DNA of 64,000 nucleotides from a virus (lineage: Duplodnaviria > Caudoviricetes). Position 1 is the stretch's first letter; every line of letters begins with the position of its first letter. Shown in pieces: positions 22,301-26,199 of the stretch. The notes beneath the pieces were generated by a model, which was given only the letters and a program-made list of their open reading frames with translations, searched no databases and was not told where the DNA came from. The stretch lies in IMG/VR virus record IMGVR_UViG_3300026549_002518, positions 394 to 64,393 of that record; one strand, given 5' to 3'. A program made the translations under genes and the position numbers.

Positions 22301-23028
22301 GCAAGAAGCGCCAGCGTGCAGCAGAAGGCGACGAGGATGCCAAAGAAGCCCTTGACGAGCTGATGGAGAGCACCGATGCCAAGCGTGCAGAGGTCGTACA
22401 TCACTACAAAGGTATCATTGATGCCTTGCGCAAGGGCGAGAAGTCTGCCACCGACAAAGAGACCAAGAAGCAGATTAAGCTCAGTATTACCGAGTGGAAG
22501 ACACAGATGCTGGAAGAGGTTAACGCTATTGATGCCGGTGTAGACCCGCTGGAAGCAGCTATGCAGCAGTGGGACAAGTCAATGAATATAGCAGAGCGTA
22601 AGAAGTTGCAGAGACGTATCGAGCGCCTGACGAACAAGGGCGGTGGCAAGGTAAACACCCGTGACAAGGACGTGCAGAAAGCTATGCAGTATGTTGACAA
22701 CCAGGGAGAGAGCGCAGGCAGTGGCCGCTACCTTGAACTGGCTACAGCAGAAGACATCAAGAATGATGCACGCATTAAGAAAGTAAAGTCACAGCTTGCC
22801 GTATACAGCAACCACTATAAGGAGCTGATGAAGCAGGGCAAGAATGAGGAAGCAGCCGAATACTACAAGGCTAACTCCAAACAGATACTTGCCTATAGCA
22901 CGCTCGACCGTCTGAGTCGTGCCGTCAGCACCAACAAGAAGCTGTTAGGCAAGGGTAGTGACGCAGCTATTATGAAGATAATAGGCAACAGCAGGAACGC
23001 CATGCTGAAGACAATAGAAGGTCTATAA
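1324..23028 (+). CDS. Giant polyvalent (DarB-like) virion protein, 7234 aa
   Basis: HENVH (6553); InPase-like GNYQKGH..ENPKGS..YGYI..DGDHIDVF (~7050-7450); zeta-type P-loop GKPAGGKS (8749); MTase YYTP (9973), GSAGIG, NVPF (10246); SNF2 HEVGTGKS (12199), DEAH (12787); HEGVAH (17104); kinase-like GAQSRVY..VVK..DFHGANI (18370); LPD38-like C-terminus (~21550-22250). Confidence 0.9.
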   Translation: MGKPLETLHKALLDNNYDVPEDYASFEETLTAKGEEGYRNRHTLWKSLYDTGYDVPDNYDDFRNTLFAAAPQPQTQPPKAPQVDIKSNQYGRQAWTEEQPKDEQKEESVVEKTQRMLRGEATPEEQQAAQKNIQQRKDEIEYEQATGKRLRQPGFNPEFEAPVVARDEEGNMVYGENGEPVTGFTTDKNIVSAHHQIEQEQEEWDALSDDEKRERAEQDRLRLERDEYKEPTLFETIGKKLGSGFMKLGLGMLEAMQQLSSGLIVEDASSPTGYSKTKDYDDTLNDKDNHIRRSMELAQHTAERMSREGEPEQGEGFLDLLWDGKIGTFLQKGVGTAMESLPMTLSIYSPYTMLLNAISMAGNNYRDQTLDNPNVAPWKRAAMSVGSAAIEQAVEMFSDPIFKYVGGRKLFGRAAKKQAEELTKEMTQRATQTLAQRIYHALGHLAKDAAGEGAEEVITNFGNDALGEALDLLNGDKDFGLRAQWEKIKKENPNADLWDFAVVKAKENIESFIGGAMAGMYMSGTTQASVNALQYALGGQASAEAIASNPDARIDPVTMEVADSYDDGYSETDPNVMKQFSDEAQAAEQILPQYGQEFAKMVMESQSPVETMDYLMENRGYYTDEQIAAAGDYFSKKAAVDGMMDGAANRIDEEVEAANAEVRANTHQETGQVIRATIGDEDYYVLGGEVVTENGLTSVAGTGGAVVVKNVETGEVSVQSVASIIPYQIDNAEDLIQQNETMLRPQLEQQVDDDITFGGPAQEVFQQEDTIALNDGQGGVVEGVIGMLPNAVDGVYVIYTNDGQALQMTDDELQRRIVVHNGVEVKAAPVEQNGGQIAQEGAPIAQNPTQNAQGAQAAGEAGSVQTGGNEPAASAISKIPVRMGDDGKPVTNRKGKPVLDWHKASVEDAAAALVETTGGDMLMARDTASDLARQAESTLEKIRKQKPKGEDPIEMAESRVAIRRQEQEQQAIIKQWKDVNHLIQQQMQQAQQKAIAEREAAKSEEQRQREAEEAKAIKERQDAEQAERRRKQIEEEVAQWNKPYAPLTKAKREMAGDADALEILNNVEPRSLEEWVSSLIRPQSMMWEDETDEASGRTIIGLQSELGLQKKDVERIGGLVATRKKGGKPFGQVVHDIWEDLPDGMKNMYDDQDVRNTLIGLFNEGNTMRMRHLTEEHRIEEARAMMQENERRDAEAELEAWAEAYHLTPEERETFEDYMQQAPTAIEQEIINNILADESYRRSRELDQQSVSGTNVPGATESQEEVRQASQAVSTGDNEEAATQGRQRATGEQTSVADNVPGRTQSLEREYIKEMLHQIGEDVSVANAMSDYEVEQLNAMLEDWDAHNDDYGMVIEQQKDALKSKDKKVRDAAQKKIDEAQAVANQAFEPVAMYIEELKAKYANVEEEGVIPRPKIDNPRFKAIRQNLVDALSLFLDTNTNATDVWAAAKAIRDYVDEGLDIDLDTNDDENLADWAFDYDGNDPEKLADQYIGRVYFDRYLDDDEDQEYIRSGILASMRNDNKFINGFEANENGVCINPHTIGEHKEKNNINVGFTIETAETDKGWVGGISCGHSTGGWGNPVCAGINERYFETEKECQAYWAQQIIDYFAHDGKKDSKVKKYIPSLQNIVNKGKKAKKPEITNDVNKTPSDAEKDVTLQQAISEVGNEIDARPVKAISSEADLQEYVNAGVAQNILNPIREDLNDPSVMGRYESDLMGVILLFAEKIKAAGLTKEQIKGICYHENVHSLADRGFTPADFEEAATLIDRVQPDLVKWAREKGAEDNLSDEAVNEEIVSYFVQFVDDKIAFLKGDLDFGDKDLNRKMDEVAALLTNNKYGTGQKNEEVPPSTPGGIRESVSVDEAAKEVSEQESERGTVDQQPIGKTSSPEEIAQEEARVDANPTEAQKEAGNYQKGHINVDGYDITIENPKGSIRRGTDADGREWQQEMHNTYGYIKGTEGVDGDHIDVFLSDNPASGKVWVIDQVNPKTGEFDEHKVMYGFVDAMQATQAYLSNYEDGWKGLGSISGISREEFKKWVESSHRKTKPFRDYVLAKSAEAKEKKEKKTAQPKEHKRIVSDDQMEELRKKLLEKFNNTNAGIDVERMLLGAMYAVGKIERGVTKFADYAAQMVDEIGDAIRPYLKAFYEAVRNMPEAAEYRDLMDTPEYVAAFDEYNFDKAVKTPNAITKAEQVVKKTKAKQQVKKIEKEVNQKLQQGDLFAGMFDETPAETGKKPVESGNKPAETGNKPAETVKPKQPVLRKAVPEDFDNDNPVVYYQGRPWSIIALTRKGEQVSATQFSKPTIESVVLTNGKSVPFSELMVEDKNAGKPQRKTAWWQDPNRPANLDPSDYKTYTTDEAKTYFASFVGPNNEKGKPFPDFTKWAHPNLAYITAAAWDGAVIPKEELMQIPEIAEAEENINNVESKGSLTISEDEMRQHAQHLLDAEHGSQVYKDGKKVKKDFSGPVKQEHTALIIIGKPAGGKSSVFAEQLSHDFGARIIDSDTVKPWLEGFDGGNGAGYVHDASAKVADMALDMAVEAGDNIIIPRIGGESVVKKLAVPRLIEKGYTVQLYFNDVLESTSIMRAASRFAEEGRYLSLVYLTRINDKDYKTFCNFAEKKIGDFYDERDNAERPSESPVLDMVLLGGERSKQGGNTSSGERTSQSVSPVVHDSGSLGGLRGTGKEVAEGERIFSYAEWKSNDVAFGEKPKEIWNSESGTPLSDVIKKQNNENQRTLSAKSSPVSEGTGQASGTADRAGEGRGTEPNRVERPGSASTVTTPAPAKPKQELHKNKRNNQGERGKDYAPTSVKARFNANVEAIKMMRALMDDGIEAPTKDQMEVLRQYSGWGGMGTYFNDESTAENKILRDLLDDEEYNDAVMSINSAYYTPATVIDTLWDIAKAMGFKGGNVLEGSAGIGNIIGQMPRDISRRSDIEAVEIDAISGNILKLLYPDAKVHIQGFQDTVIRNGSVDLAVTNVPFVTGLHVFDKVDKDLSRKFTNIHDFCIAKNIRKLREGGIGLFITSSGTLDKSTKLREWITDEGQADVVGAFRLNNETFGGTSVTSDIIVVRKRVNGQRSSSAIDVSKATPLRIGNYEDKYRNEHQVSMVVNDYFKEHPEMMAGEMFFGYEKGDTFRPGSYGLYPVEGKSQEKMMADFVKSMEKTAETVAAPVEKAVAVPNQLTAVKEGRMLVDDNGRLCISRYGEAVPLGVNDNKVKGQTKQQCFKDYQSVQAAVDEVLQQQLNDPDDAALQPKLDALNKAYDQFVKRYGIPYKNTAISFLRNDIDFPSFMALANYSETKDMKGKVTVTSKKSPLFSRRVLGFKTEPKPQTVKDAVIASIFRTNGIDLEWIAAKLSEVAAPPNGDHWTADDVRKGVLVSRLGFENPSTGQLEVRHQYLSGNVREKLAIAESYNTDGRYNTNVEELRKVVPMDIPAHLIDFSLGSSWIPNELYIDFIKESLGLDNVTLNHLQGRWSMVVNEWTAKRSESNKAKGVYSEKFHTHILGSDLLLSALNNRPYKVARQETEGYGSNKTTHTVVDQEATSACNVRIDEIKDEFKQYIRKRVQDDTELARRIEKIYNDKFNALVPMRVDDEMLPEKFDGANTIISLYDHQKRGVMRGVTSPTMLAHEVGTGKSFTLITTAMEMRRLGTAKKPMIVVQNATVAQMTADAKLLYPNARVLSLSEQDRDAEGRRAFYAKIKFNDWDMIIIPQSTLDRIPDSPERELQFIQEQIDEKKHLIEMAKQAKVDRKELERLERDLMKKQQEYGDKYLDSDPSNGGKRKKDAKREAAQIDKAETKAQEKLDRATDDVQFFDDLGVDALLVDEAHGYKHLGFETSLGRSVKGVDPSFSKKCAGLYNKTRAVFEKAGWKNVVFATGTPISNTAAEIWTFMKYLMPADVMKENDIYYFDDFVHNFGSINQMLEFKTNGKFNEVTRFAAYVNRPELMRIWMQVADIVRTEEVGEVKAKVPEKEKGKDQDVFLPQSPSLVNIMTAVRAELERFENMTGKEKRENSSIPLTMYGIAKRAAIDPRLVNPDAADEPLSKTNAAVKEILADLKSTKKYNGTVAVFCDNQNRLGNGGVVEFNIFDDMKAKLVAEGVPEKQIAIIKSSMSISAKQKIFDAVNKGEVRVIMGSTQTLGTGVNIQERLHCLIHMDAPDRPMDYTQRNGRIERQGNLHKDWGLPIRILRFGVEDSLDVTAYQRLKTKSGFIDSIMKGKEALANNQTDRTIEEEEEGLFDNPVAVLSGSQFAMKKNQAERELRKLQGKYNAWEADQIYVSAQLRANEGWVRDREKKIAETQEQLDFIRGMFPDGKVKVITVGNTKVDMTKEDAGKKLDEVIKEKINDPVNATVKNLRENEIYNDETIPYTIELDGHPVKLEADIFRTSDWDRGQMRTTIHKRLHFSSGDLRLDDGTGGIGTTRSVREILDDIMQTVISGKGYEDVISNAKLSIQRANESTEQLKQREGQPFQYIKEMAEAKERVEEYTALMKKELEEKEAKYKAQQQDTKDGFDLKKAADTEDDEVRYSADEDWDDAIFYSNAMRAVENIRQEKATPQQWLAMIDKNGGLKAGEDKWLGLSDWLKSQDKKSLTKQEVINYILLHEIEVLDVHYGRSPLDLLNEEFYSLRKKYMDAGDGTYLAERKAMNDLDDRYPGFGKGTYLQHFDDGTVYVDYDYDEPKAVKQLEEYFASNVKVIEDTRLQYTTTGLENKQEIALIVPTIEPYNQNDEIHFGDAGNGRAVAWVRFGETTIKPDGTTGYKTHDSFVLAMQKKYNGAMGYALREKMTDEEKLIEDKLMRYAFIEDEGEQRVLVIDEIQSKRHQDGREMGYGVPVFTKATIGEYKPTDEETEFEADIIAPNGNKIGTMIRYEYEDEPVSYSAMNNNGTHMTSARPTEQEALTAMDHLSPKGVPEAPFEKNWHELAMKRMLRYAAENGYDKIAWTTGAQQAERYNIGQVVKRIQSGIYPDGTRNTIINLNSGKYISLYHDENGNITRIAGDRGFVDDAKNLSDVVGKELAIKILSQTKRGKEGAVEYSGDNLRFGGEGMKGFYDQMLPRFMEKYGRKWGAKVSKIELPNVEAPAMWSVDITPEMKESVMHGQPLFRDMEQFADGDTFPIHVSHSYSDTDVVRRTSSYSTDLMPDEYGSLPELLDAIRRQYPAYYATIEDGNVRLEKWSNVLQSERTASNMKDAGAKSYIDRKTKRSIDAVNSLADMLHLNVEVLTSTDGLQGKKARSRGWFDPKTGKIVLVLPNHRNQEDLINTLLHEGVAHAGLRKMFGVHFDTFLDNVYNNVSPVIKARIDAAMKRNKWGRHEATEEYLAKLAERTDFDNAYSQGWWNKIKQFFLDMLTKVGVRMQELSDNELRYILWRSYDNLLHPNKRRNIFDKAREVQMQSRLRVGPYRERERIQWTGKVDASRIAAEAEPNNEEMLNKDFDSMTSQEILLSLSQKDDYGRNEAINELVRRIRTGAARIVRMGKDLGSERENDASLAGRIIGGWQLGLSSQSDETLGSVVSGIPPLEGRPTPAGQNTPTDYQHAIIEWAKATGHYISEEEVRESSPDKDVWHSGAQSRVYRTPDGKKVVKFMESWVYWQNPLLKNLDSIALHNAAGFVPMTVIGYSTDKNGKLRIVLEQDYVDGITVDDMFDDEPLIKINNYIDVFMEEELGLVRHIDPDGNLFHMKDGVIYKDFHGANIVVDKDFHRHVIDCYVSLADDDKKERTGSFVIEDNEKELFSIRTKEAPKKTGTGYKVFVLKDGELYPPMVANPGGEGTPVGVWLDADAAPVIGESKTGRPQVKAGGKGTQGGSGQLAYRPGWHLGTIPYALQFGRKDANGNKTLFPNNFVWAEVEYADDVDYQQEAHDAGINANGKYQHALAGLKHVPEDGSYKYRTNPNPNTDEWIITGAMRVKRILTRAEVDELVRKAGREPQQIQDGDIVTDDVVKQLNEEIQAMKEADDMGLLYSADEDWIDIAKGVYERAVAKESLKYQEAWQDSMVSLKAIQDAIAKQTGKVATGAEDAYHFENRMHGRAKNMAEKYIWNFYRPMLKAFHDFCKGKAYTMEQGLDYLVAKSGLERNVYFAFRTAAKDKLEAIVEAERKQIKQDYAHNRIDEKEYKKQMEALAKKEREGIDDVMDEVRNTLAWSRAKEDYANGTIDYTECLRRMEALIRSRLNTYNKYAHDYSGLTETFAKDWYDMAQDVKREAQAAVDPKERAARYHEYNDLMNKAYEMARQYAEDAVFSAEQDNKESVNGLWDAVNESTKETLKFSYESGLMSRSVYDRVRTMFDYYIPLRGWDEDKASDVYEYMGKDNVFSPAVKKAWGRTSKAENPLAYIGNIAVSTILSGHRNQLKQHFLNYVMNNPTNLVSISQSWYENIGTEDSPMWILRTADTAGKDADEIAQIVNDFNEEMQQKQREGLAMPVTGRLRLDVHATKGQKAEHVIEVQRGGHTYELYINGNPKAAQALNGSTARAVSRISDTFIGRQLTKLNRNMAMFFTSKNPAFVISNLSRDMNMAGASVAVNEGPEYNARFMANVAKVLTPRVATGDVASMGLKGLVGKGRGITGLMPKLMKKWQDGKLDDRNETERLFKEFMNEGGETGFVNMLSIDSFKEKMLDEISQMNGSTLFGSKAKVKEASISKALRLIGDTFEFYNRCAEDATRFAVYMTSRQMGKTLEQAIADAKDVTLNFNRKGTGDKGNAEIRDLFIFVNPAIQALANMYQMGKQHPLKLGAVTLGFVTVGALIPVLNAWMQNMWGDDDDKDSYWNLPPWVRKNNLVFWVPGTKNYITIPLAQEFRVFYGVGEMVSSVCYDHPNSNMGMEIVESFADLVPINPTGNGGNLLIDFTPTGAQPLAQLSFNTDFTGKPIWRENQGNKYEPMYTKAYISTPKWMTKISEGINYATGGDQDSRGWLERSKAGAYINNPAVWNHLLQGYFGGMYNTISKSFDVVTTAAQGEIPKVYQTPVVNRFVNRPIEREDAGVLGEDYWKLVDETEETMHNIRKKRQRAAEGDEDAKEALDELMESTDAKRAEVVHHYKGIIDALRKGEKSATDKETKKQIKLSITEWKTQMLEEVNAIDAGVDPLEAAMQQWDKSMNIAERKKLQRRIERLTNKGGGKVNTRDKDVQKAMQYVDNQGESAGSGRYLELATAEDIKNDARIKKVKSQLAVYSNHYKELMKQGKNEEAAEYYKANSKQILAYSTLDRLSRAVSTNKKLLGKGSDAAIMKIIGNSRNAMLKTIEGL
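5033..5245 (+). CDS. Putative nested (overprinted, +1 frame) small helical protein, 70 aa
   Basis: MNRIEEAENWINSLSAEQMYQELQKAKKKYGKQVRPLVLEIMKKQLPK...; E/K/L-rich; AT-rich upstream; host frame becomes a S/Q/G/R/T linker here. Confidence 0.5.
   Translation: MNRIEEAENWINSLSAEQMYQELQKAKKKYGKQVRPLVLEIMKKQLPKAVKELQVSRLLLQTMFLAEHKA
6291..6303 (+). promoter_or_regulatory. Internal Bacteroidetes -7 promoter element TGTAACTTTGCAG inside giant gene
   Basis: TAnnTTTG consensus; same 13-mer at 9157 and upstream of host spt (62759). Confidence 0.45.
6836..6958 (+). CDS. Putative nested +1-frame peptide, 40 aa (MEQDKRTKKYRQVPLEEYVKASQWTKPPRKYLSKSPKEEQ)
   Basis: Translated by hand; A-rich leader ttacaaacaataaatATG with A at -3; host frame is a linker (KYGTGQKNEEVPPSTPGGIRES...). 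Confidence 0.45.
   Translation: MEQDKRTKKYRQVPLEEYVKASQWTKPPRKYLSKSPKEEQ
9157..9169 (+). promoter_or_regulatory. Internal Bacteroidetes -7 promoter element TGTAACTTTGCAG
   Basis: TAACTTTG at 9159, ~25 nt upstream of nested ORF 9191. Confidence 0.6.
9191..9427 (+). CDS. Putative nested +1-frame protein, 78 aa, embedded in the zeta-like kinase domain
   Basis: MMKEIMLKDLPKALYWTWYYWVENGASKEETHLQEKEQVKAFLQWCTTREAWEDFEEPEKKWLKENGY...; promoter element just upstream; host frame G/S/R-rich. Confidence 0.6.
   Translation: MMKEIMLKDLPKALYWTWYYWVENGASKEETHLQEKEQVKAFLQWCTTREAWEDFEEPEKKWLKENGYSPMQNGSQTM
9506..9649 (+). CDS. Putative nested +1-frame protein, 47 aa (MKTNERYQQSLRQLAKELGKPVEQLTELEKDEALNRIGLSVLDLQVP)
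   Basis: Translated by hand; A-rich leader taataaaaaagcagaacaATG; amphipathic helical pattern; host frame is a linker before the MTase. Confidence 0.6.
   Translation: MKTNERYQQSLRQLAKELGKPVEQLTELEKDEALNRIGLSVLDLQVP
14893..14913 (+). repeat. 21-bp direct repeat copy 1 (TACAGCGCTGATGAAGACTGG; YSADEDW)
   Basis: Exact copy at 19189-19209, 4296 bp away (multiple of 3). Confidence 0.85.
17642..17649 (+). promoter_or_regulatory. Internal -7 promoter element TATCTTTG
   Basis: Consensus TAnnTTTG 11-17 nt upstream of nested ORF starts at 17660/17666. Confidence 0.5.
17660..17974 (+). CDS. Putative nested +1-frame protein (102-104 aa) directly before kinase-like domain
   Basis: MEETKQSMSLSDVSEQELQELYEWGKTWGVNEKTMHHLLVESLADGNLDYLHSQMKHWEAW...; first ~75 aa protein-like; promoter element upstream. 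Confidence 0.55.
   Translation: MIMEETKQSMSLSDVSEQELQELYEWGKTWGVNEKTMHHLLVESLADGNLDYLHSQMKHWEAWCRVYPRWKEDPHLQGRILRPITNMPSSNGQKPQGTTSPKKR
19189..19209 (+). repeat. 21-bp direct repeat copy 2
   Basis: Identical to 14893-14913. Confidence 0.85.
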
Positions 23029-23062
23029 TAAATGTTTTAGTATTTTGTTTAGTTAGATTAGG

Positions 23063-23098
23063 TTGGCGGCCGCCTGTGATGGGTAGTCGCCAATTTTA
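23063..23098 (+). terminator. Intrinsic terminator after giant gene
   Basis: ttggcggccgcc/ggtagtcgccaa stem followed by T-rich tract. Confidence 0.6.
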
Positions 23099-23132
23099 TG
23101 TTTATTTAACAGATAACGCTTGTTTTTCTCCG

Positions 23133-23140
23133 TATTTTTG
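23133..23140 (+). promoter_or_regulatory. -7 promoter element TATTTTTG
   Basis: TAnnTTTG 20 nt upstream of the 23160 ATG. Confidence 0.55.
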
Positions 23141-23159
23141 CCGCAAAACGAAGTAAAAC

Positions 23160-25772
23160 ATGAACAAAGAACAGCAACTTACCTTTAACTTGGGTATTAC
23201 TAATGTACCATCAGACACTATTTGTGACGATAATGCCCTGGAAGAAAGCCTTGGTATGGTGTATTCGGAAGGAGAACACAAGCCGATACAACAGCCTAAG
23301 AAAATCATAGAGCTTTCAGATGAAGATTTAGGCGACACTCTTATGTATATCCACCATTTGGTATATAAAGACCTTTATATATTCTATCATGCCGTTCTTG
23401 GAGGAAACGGAAAACTTTATTGGCGCACAGAAGATAATTCCGAGCGTAAAACTATCATAGAAGTGGAATCCGGAAACGAAGTGCTGCAAATATCGTCCAT
23501 AGGAAAAACGCTGGTAGTTAACGCCACAAACGGATTGAGCAAGTATATATGGAGATCAGACGACAACGACTATTTTGCTCTTTCAAACATTACGCCTCCG
23601 GTTTTGGATTTCTATTGCATGAGGGGTGGCTCGTATCATACTACTGTACTTGTTGATGAAATAATAAAATTCTACGACAATGTACACTATATACAAAAAA
23701 TAGGTGAATGGAATGACGCAGTTAAAGGGTGCTATGGAAATATTACGTCAAGGATAAAGAAGGATAACAATTTCTACCGTCCGTTTTTCCTTCGATACGC
23801 AGTCAAATTGTATGACGGCACCTATACATGTATCTCTCAGCCAATTTTGTTTATGACTGCATGGAAAAACCAACATACAGTAATATCTGCTGGTGACGGA
23901 GATTACCTTAGTATAGGCATGCGCGGCTTTTATCTTGGTTTGATTGGCGGAAGTCATTTTGACTATTCAGAACTTGAAGATATTGTAGACGAAGTTGTTG
24001 TCTTTGTTTCGGACGGAATAAACATTTATGATATGACCGTCGACCAAGTCCTTAATGTTGAAGATGGAGACGTCGGTTATAAAACATATACAGAATTTGA
24101 AGGAATGAACCTTGGCAACTACAATAAAGATACGTTTACAGAATCCGGTGCAAGTTATGGGGCATACGTTTTTGCAGAGCGTACCCAAACAGCTGTAATG
24201 GACGATATACGCCGAGCAGGAACAGGAGTCTTCTATAAGCTGTGTAGTCTTGGCAAGACTCGCAGCGAGATCAACGGTTCAAATCTTGTTATCGAAGAAC
24301 ATGTTGTGGAAAACCTGTTGGAACAGGAAACGCTTCCCGATGATTATTTTGGCCATTGCCCGATAAGTGCAAAGACTTCTTTTGTATATAATTCACGTAT
24401 TATTCTCGGCAATGTGCAAAGAGGTGTCTTTGAGGGCTTTGACAAGTTTATGGACTACAACTATACTTCTACTCGATATACTTGGAGAGTATATGTATAT
24501 GTAGAAACTTCGTCCGGAATGTCTGTCGTTTATCGTGAGTTCAAGACCAGAGAGGTGATAGGAACATATTTCTTCTACCCTGACCACCGTGCTAAAAAAG
24601 CCATGTTCTTTTACAAGCACGGTGACAGTTGGCTTTTTTACAAGGAAGTTGAACTGCATAAACACGAAAAACTTAACGGTGCTTATTATCTTGTCAGTGC
24701 TTATCCTACTACTCCCGAAGTGCCAACGCCTGCAGACCCGCAAAAGCCACAACCGGCAACAGTGATGGAATATGAGTCTCTTCCCAACCAAATCTATGTC
24801 TCAGAGGTAAACAACCCACTTGTCTTTAAAGCAGAAGGTAATGTTACAGTTGGCAATGGTGATATTATGGCCGTGTCAAGCATGACGCAAGCACTCTCGC
24901 AAGGCCAGTTTGGACAATACCCGCTTGTTATCTTTGCAACAGATGGTATATGGGCCGCAAACACAGGTGCCACAGGACTGTTTACATCGTTGACACCCAT
25001 GAGCCGTGAGGTATGCAACAATGTCAAGAGTATTACACAAACAGATGGCCCAATATTCTTCTCCAGCGAAAAGGGCTTGATGGTCATTGACGGACCAAAC
25101 GTAAGATGTGTCTCTGAGCAGCTTAACGGAAAGACGTTAGCCAGTCAGCTGAGCTTGTATGACTTTTTGAAAGAAGCTAAGATAGCCTACGATTATCGTG
25201 ACTCCTTGCTATGGATAGGTCGTGATGACAGCGATACTTTATGGATATACGCCATTAAGGCAGGAACGTTCCATCATTATGAGCTTAGCGCAGAAGACAG
25301 CGAAGCACGGTCAGCCAGCCGAGTAATCATTTTTGACGATGAAGAAAGCGATACAGGTCATCGGTCACAAGCGATAAGTGACACCATCAATGGTGTTAGC
25401 TTTGTAAACAGCTATCCGGACTATTTAGTGCAGATTGGTCCAACTATCTACTCCTTGCTACAGCGTGAGAACATTAACAATGACACAAAAGATTACTCTG
25501 GTAAGCTTGTCACACGACCTATCAAGTTTGAGAATGGGTTGGCACTAAAGAGCATAATGCAGCTGAGGCATGTCAAGCAGATGGCCGGACTGTTGAGTAT
25601 GACCATTAAAGGCTCTAACGATCTGCAGAACTGGCGGCAGATAACGTCACTGAAGGGCACGCCCTGGCGCTACTACCAGTTTACGCTGAACTTTACGAAT
25701 ATGAAAGCCACCGACCGTTATAGCGGCATGGTGCTGGAGGTACAGGAACGTAGGACAAACCGGTTACGTTAA
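23160..25772 (+). CDS. Tail nozzle / stabilisation protein (P22 gp10/T7 gp12-like), 870 aa
   Basis: Size and beta-rich composition; IYVSEVNNP..ALSQGQFGQYPLVIFATDGIWA segment typical of Bacteroidetes podovirus stabilisation proteins. Confidence 0.65.
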   Translation: MNKEQQLTFNLGITNVPSDTICDDNALEESLGMVYSEGEHKPIQQPKKIIELSDEDLGDTLMYIHHLVYKDLYIFYHAVLGGNGKLYWRTEDNSERKTIIEVESGNEVLQISSIGKTLVVNATNGLSKYIWRSDDNDYFALSNITPPVLDFYCMRGGSYHTTVLVDEIIKFYDNVHYIQKIGEWNDAVKGCYGNITSRIKKDNNFYRPFFLRYAVKLYDGTYTCISQPILFMTAWKNQHTVISAGDGDYLSIGMRGFYLGLIGGSHFDYSELEDIVDEVVVFVSDGINIYDMTVDQVLNVEDGDVGYKTYTEFEGMNLGNYNKDTFTESGASYGAYVFAERTQTAVMDDIRRAGTGVFYKLCSLGKTRSEINGSNLVIEEHVVENLLEQETLPDDYFGHCPISAKTSFVYNSRIILGNVQRGVFEGFDKFMDYNYTSTRYTWRVYVYVETSSGMSVVYREFKTREVIGTYFFYPDHRAKKAMFFYKHGDSWLFYKEVELHKHEKLNGAYYLVSAYPTTPEVPTPADPQKPQPATVMEYESLPNQIYVSEVNNPLVFKAEGNVTVGNGDIMAVSSMTQALSQGQFGQYPLVIFATDGIWAANTGATGLFTSLTPMSREVCNNVKSITQTDGPIFFSSEKGLMVIDGPNVRCVSEQLNGKTLASQLSLYDFLKEAKIAYDYRDSLLWIGRDDSDTLWIYAIKAGTFHHYELSAEDSEARSASRVIIFDDEESDTGHRSQAISDTINGVSFVNSYPDYLVQIGPTIYSLLQRENINNDTKDYSGKLVTRPIKFENGLALKSIMQLRHVKQMAGLLSMTIKGSNDLQNWRQITSLKGTPWRYYQFTLNFTNMKATDRYSGMVLEVQERRTNRLR

Positions 25773-25776
25773 GCCC

Positions 25777-26199
25777 ATGAAGCAGTGCACCTATTTCAAG
25801 CAAACGATGAAAGACGACCTGATGCGAGTGTATCGGGAAGTCGTATCTACCTGTGACTGTAAGACACAGAAGGATGCTTACCGGATGACGGTAGAGCACA
25901 GAGCGCCACGGTTCTATGTTGATGCACGATGGGCACACCAGCGTATATCACCAATGATGCGTGGAGACCGTAGCGAGCTGGAAAAGATGTCACCGTTAGC
26001 CCGAGCGCAGTATGAAGCGCTGTTTGACATCGTGTTACGCATGTCACAGGAAGAAAAGTTTTGGGGCCGTCGCCTGTACTATATCGTACAACAGGCCGTG
26101 CAGCAGCCAGCACCACGGTTCTATATCAGCGCAAAGCGCATGGAACAGATATGGTTTGAGTGCCGAAGACACAAAAAGAAGAGAGTATGTCGCGAATAA
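25777..26199 (+). CDS. Phage hypothetical protein with two APRFY motifs (possible DNA-binding regulator)
   Basis: 140-aa ORF coupled to neighbours; internal repeat RAPRFYV/PAPRFYI. Confidence 0.6.
   Translation: MKQCTYFKQTMKDDLMRVYREVVSTCDCKTQKDAYRMTVEHRAPRFYVDARWAHQRISPMMRGDRSELEKMSPLARAQYEALFDIVLRMSQEEKFWGRRLYYIVQQAVQQPAPRFYISAKRMEQIWFECRRHKKKRVCRE

Noticed and set aside
23090-23140. Fourth copy of the late-promoter box before the nozzle gene
   Set aside because: Only AATTTTATG matches, it is part of the terminator, and the spacing to the -7 element is not 21 bp.
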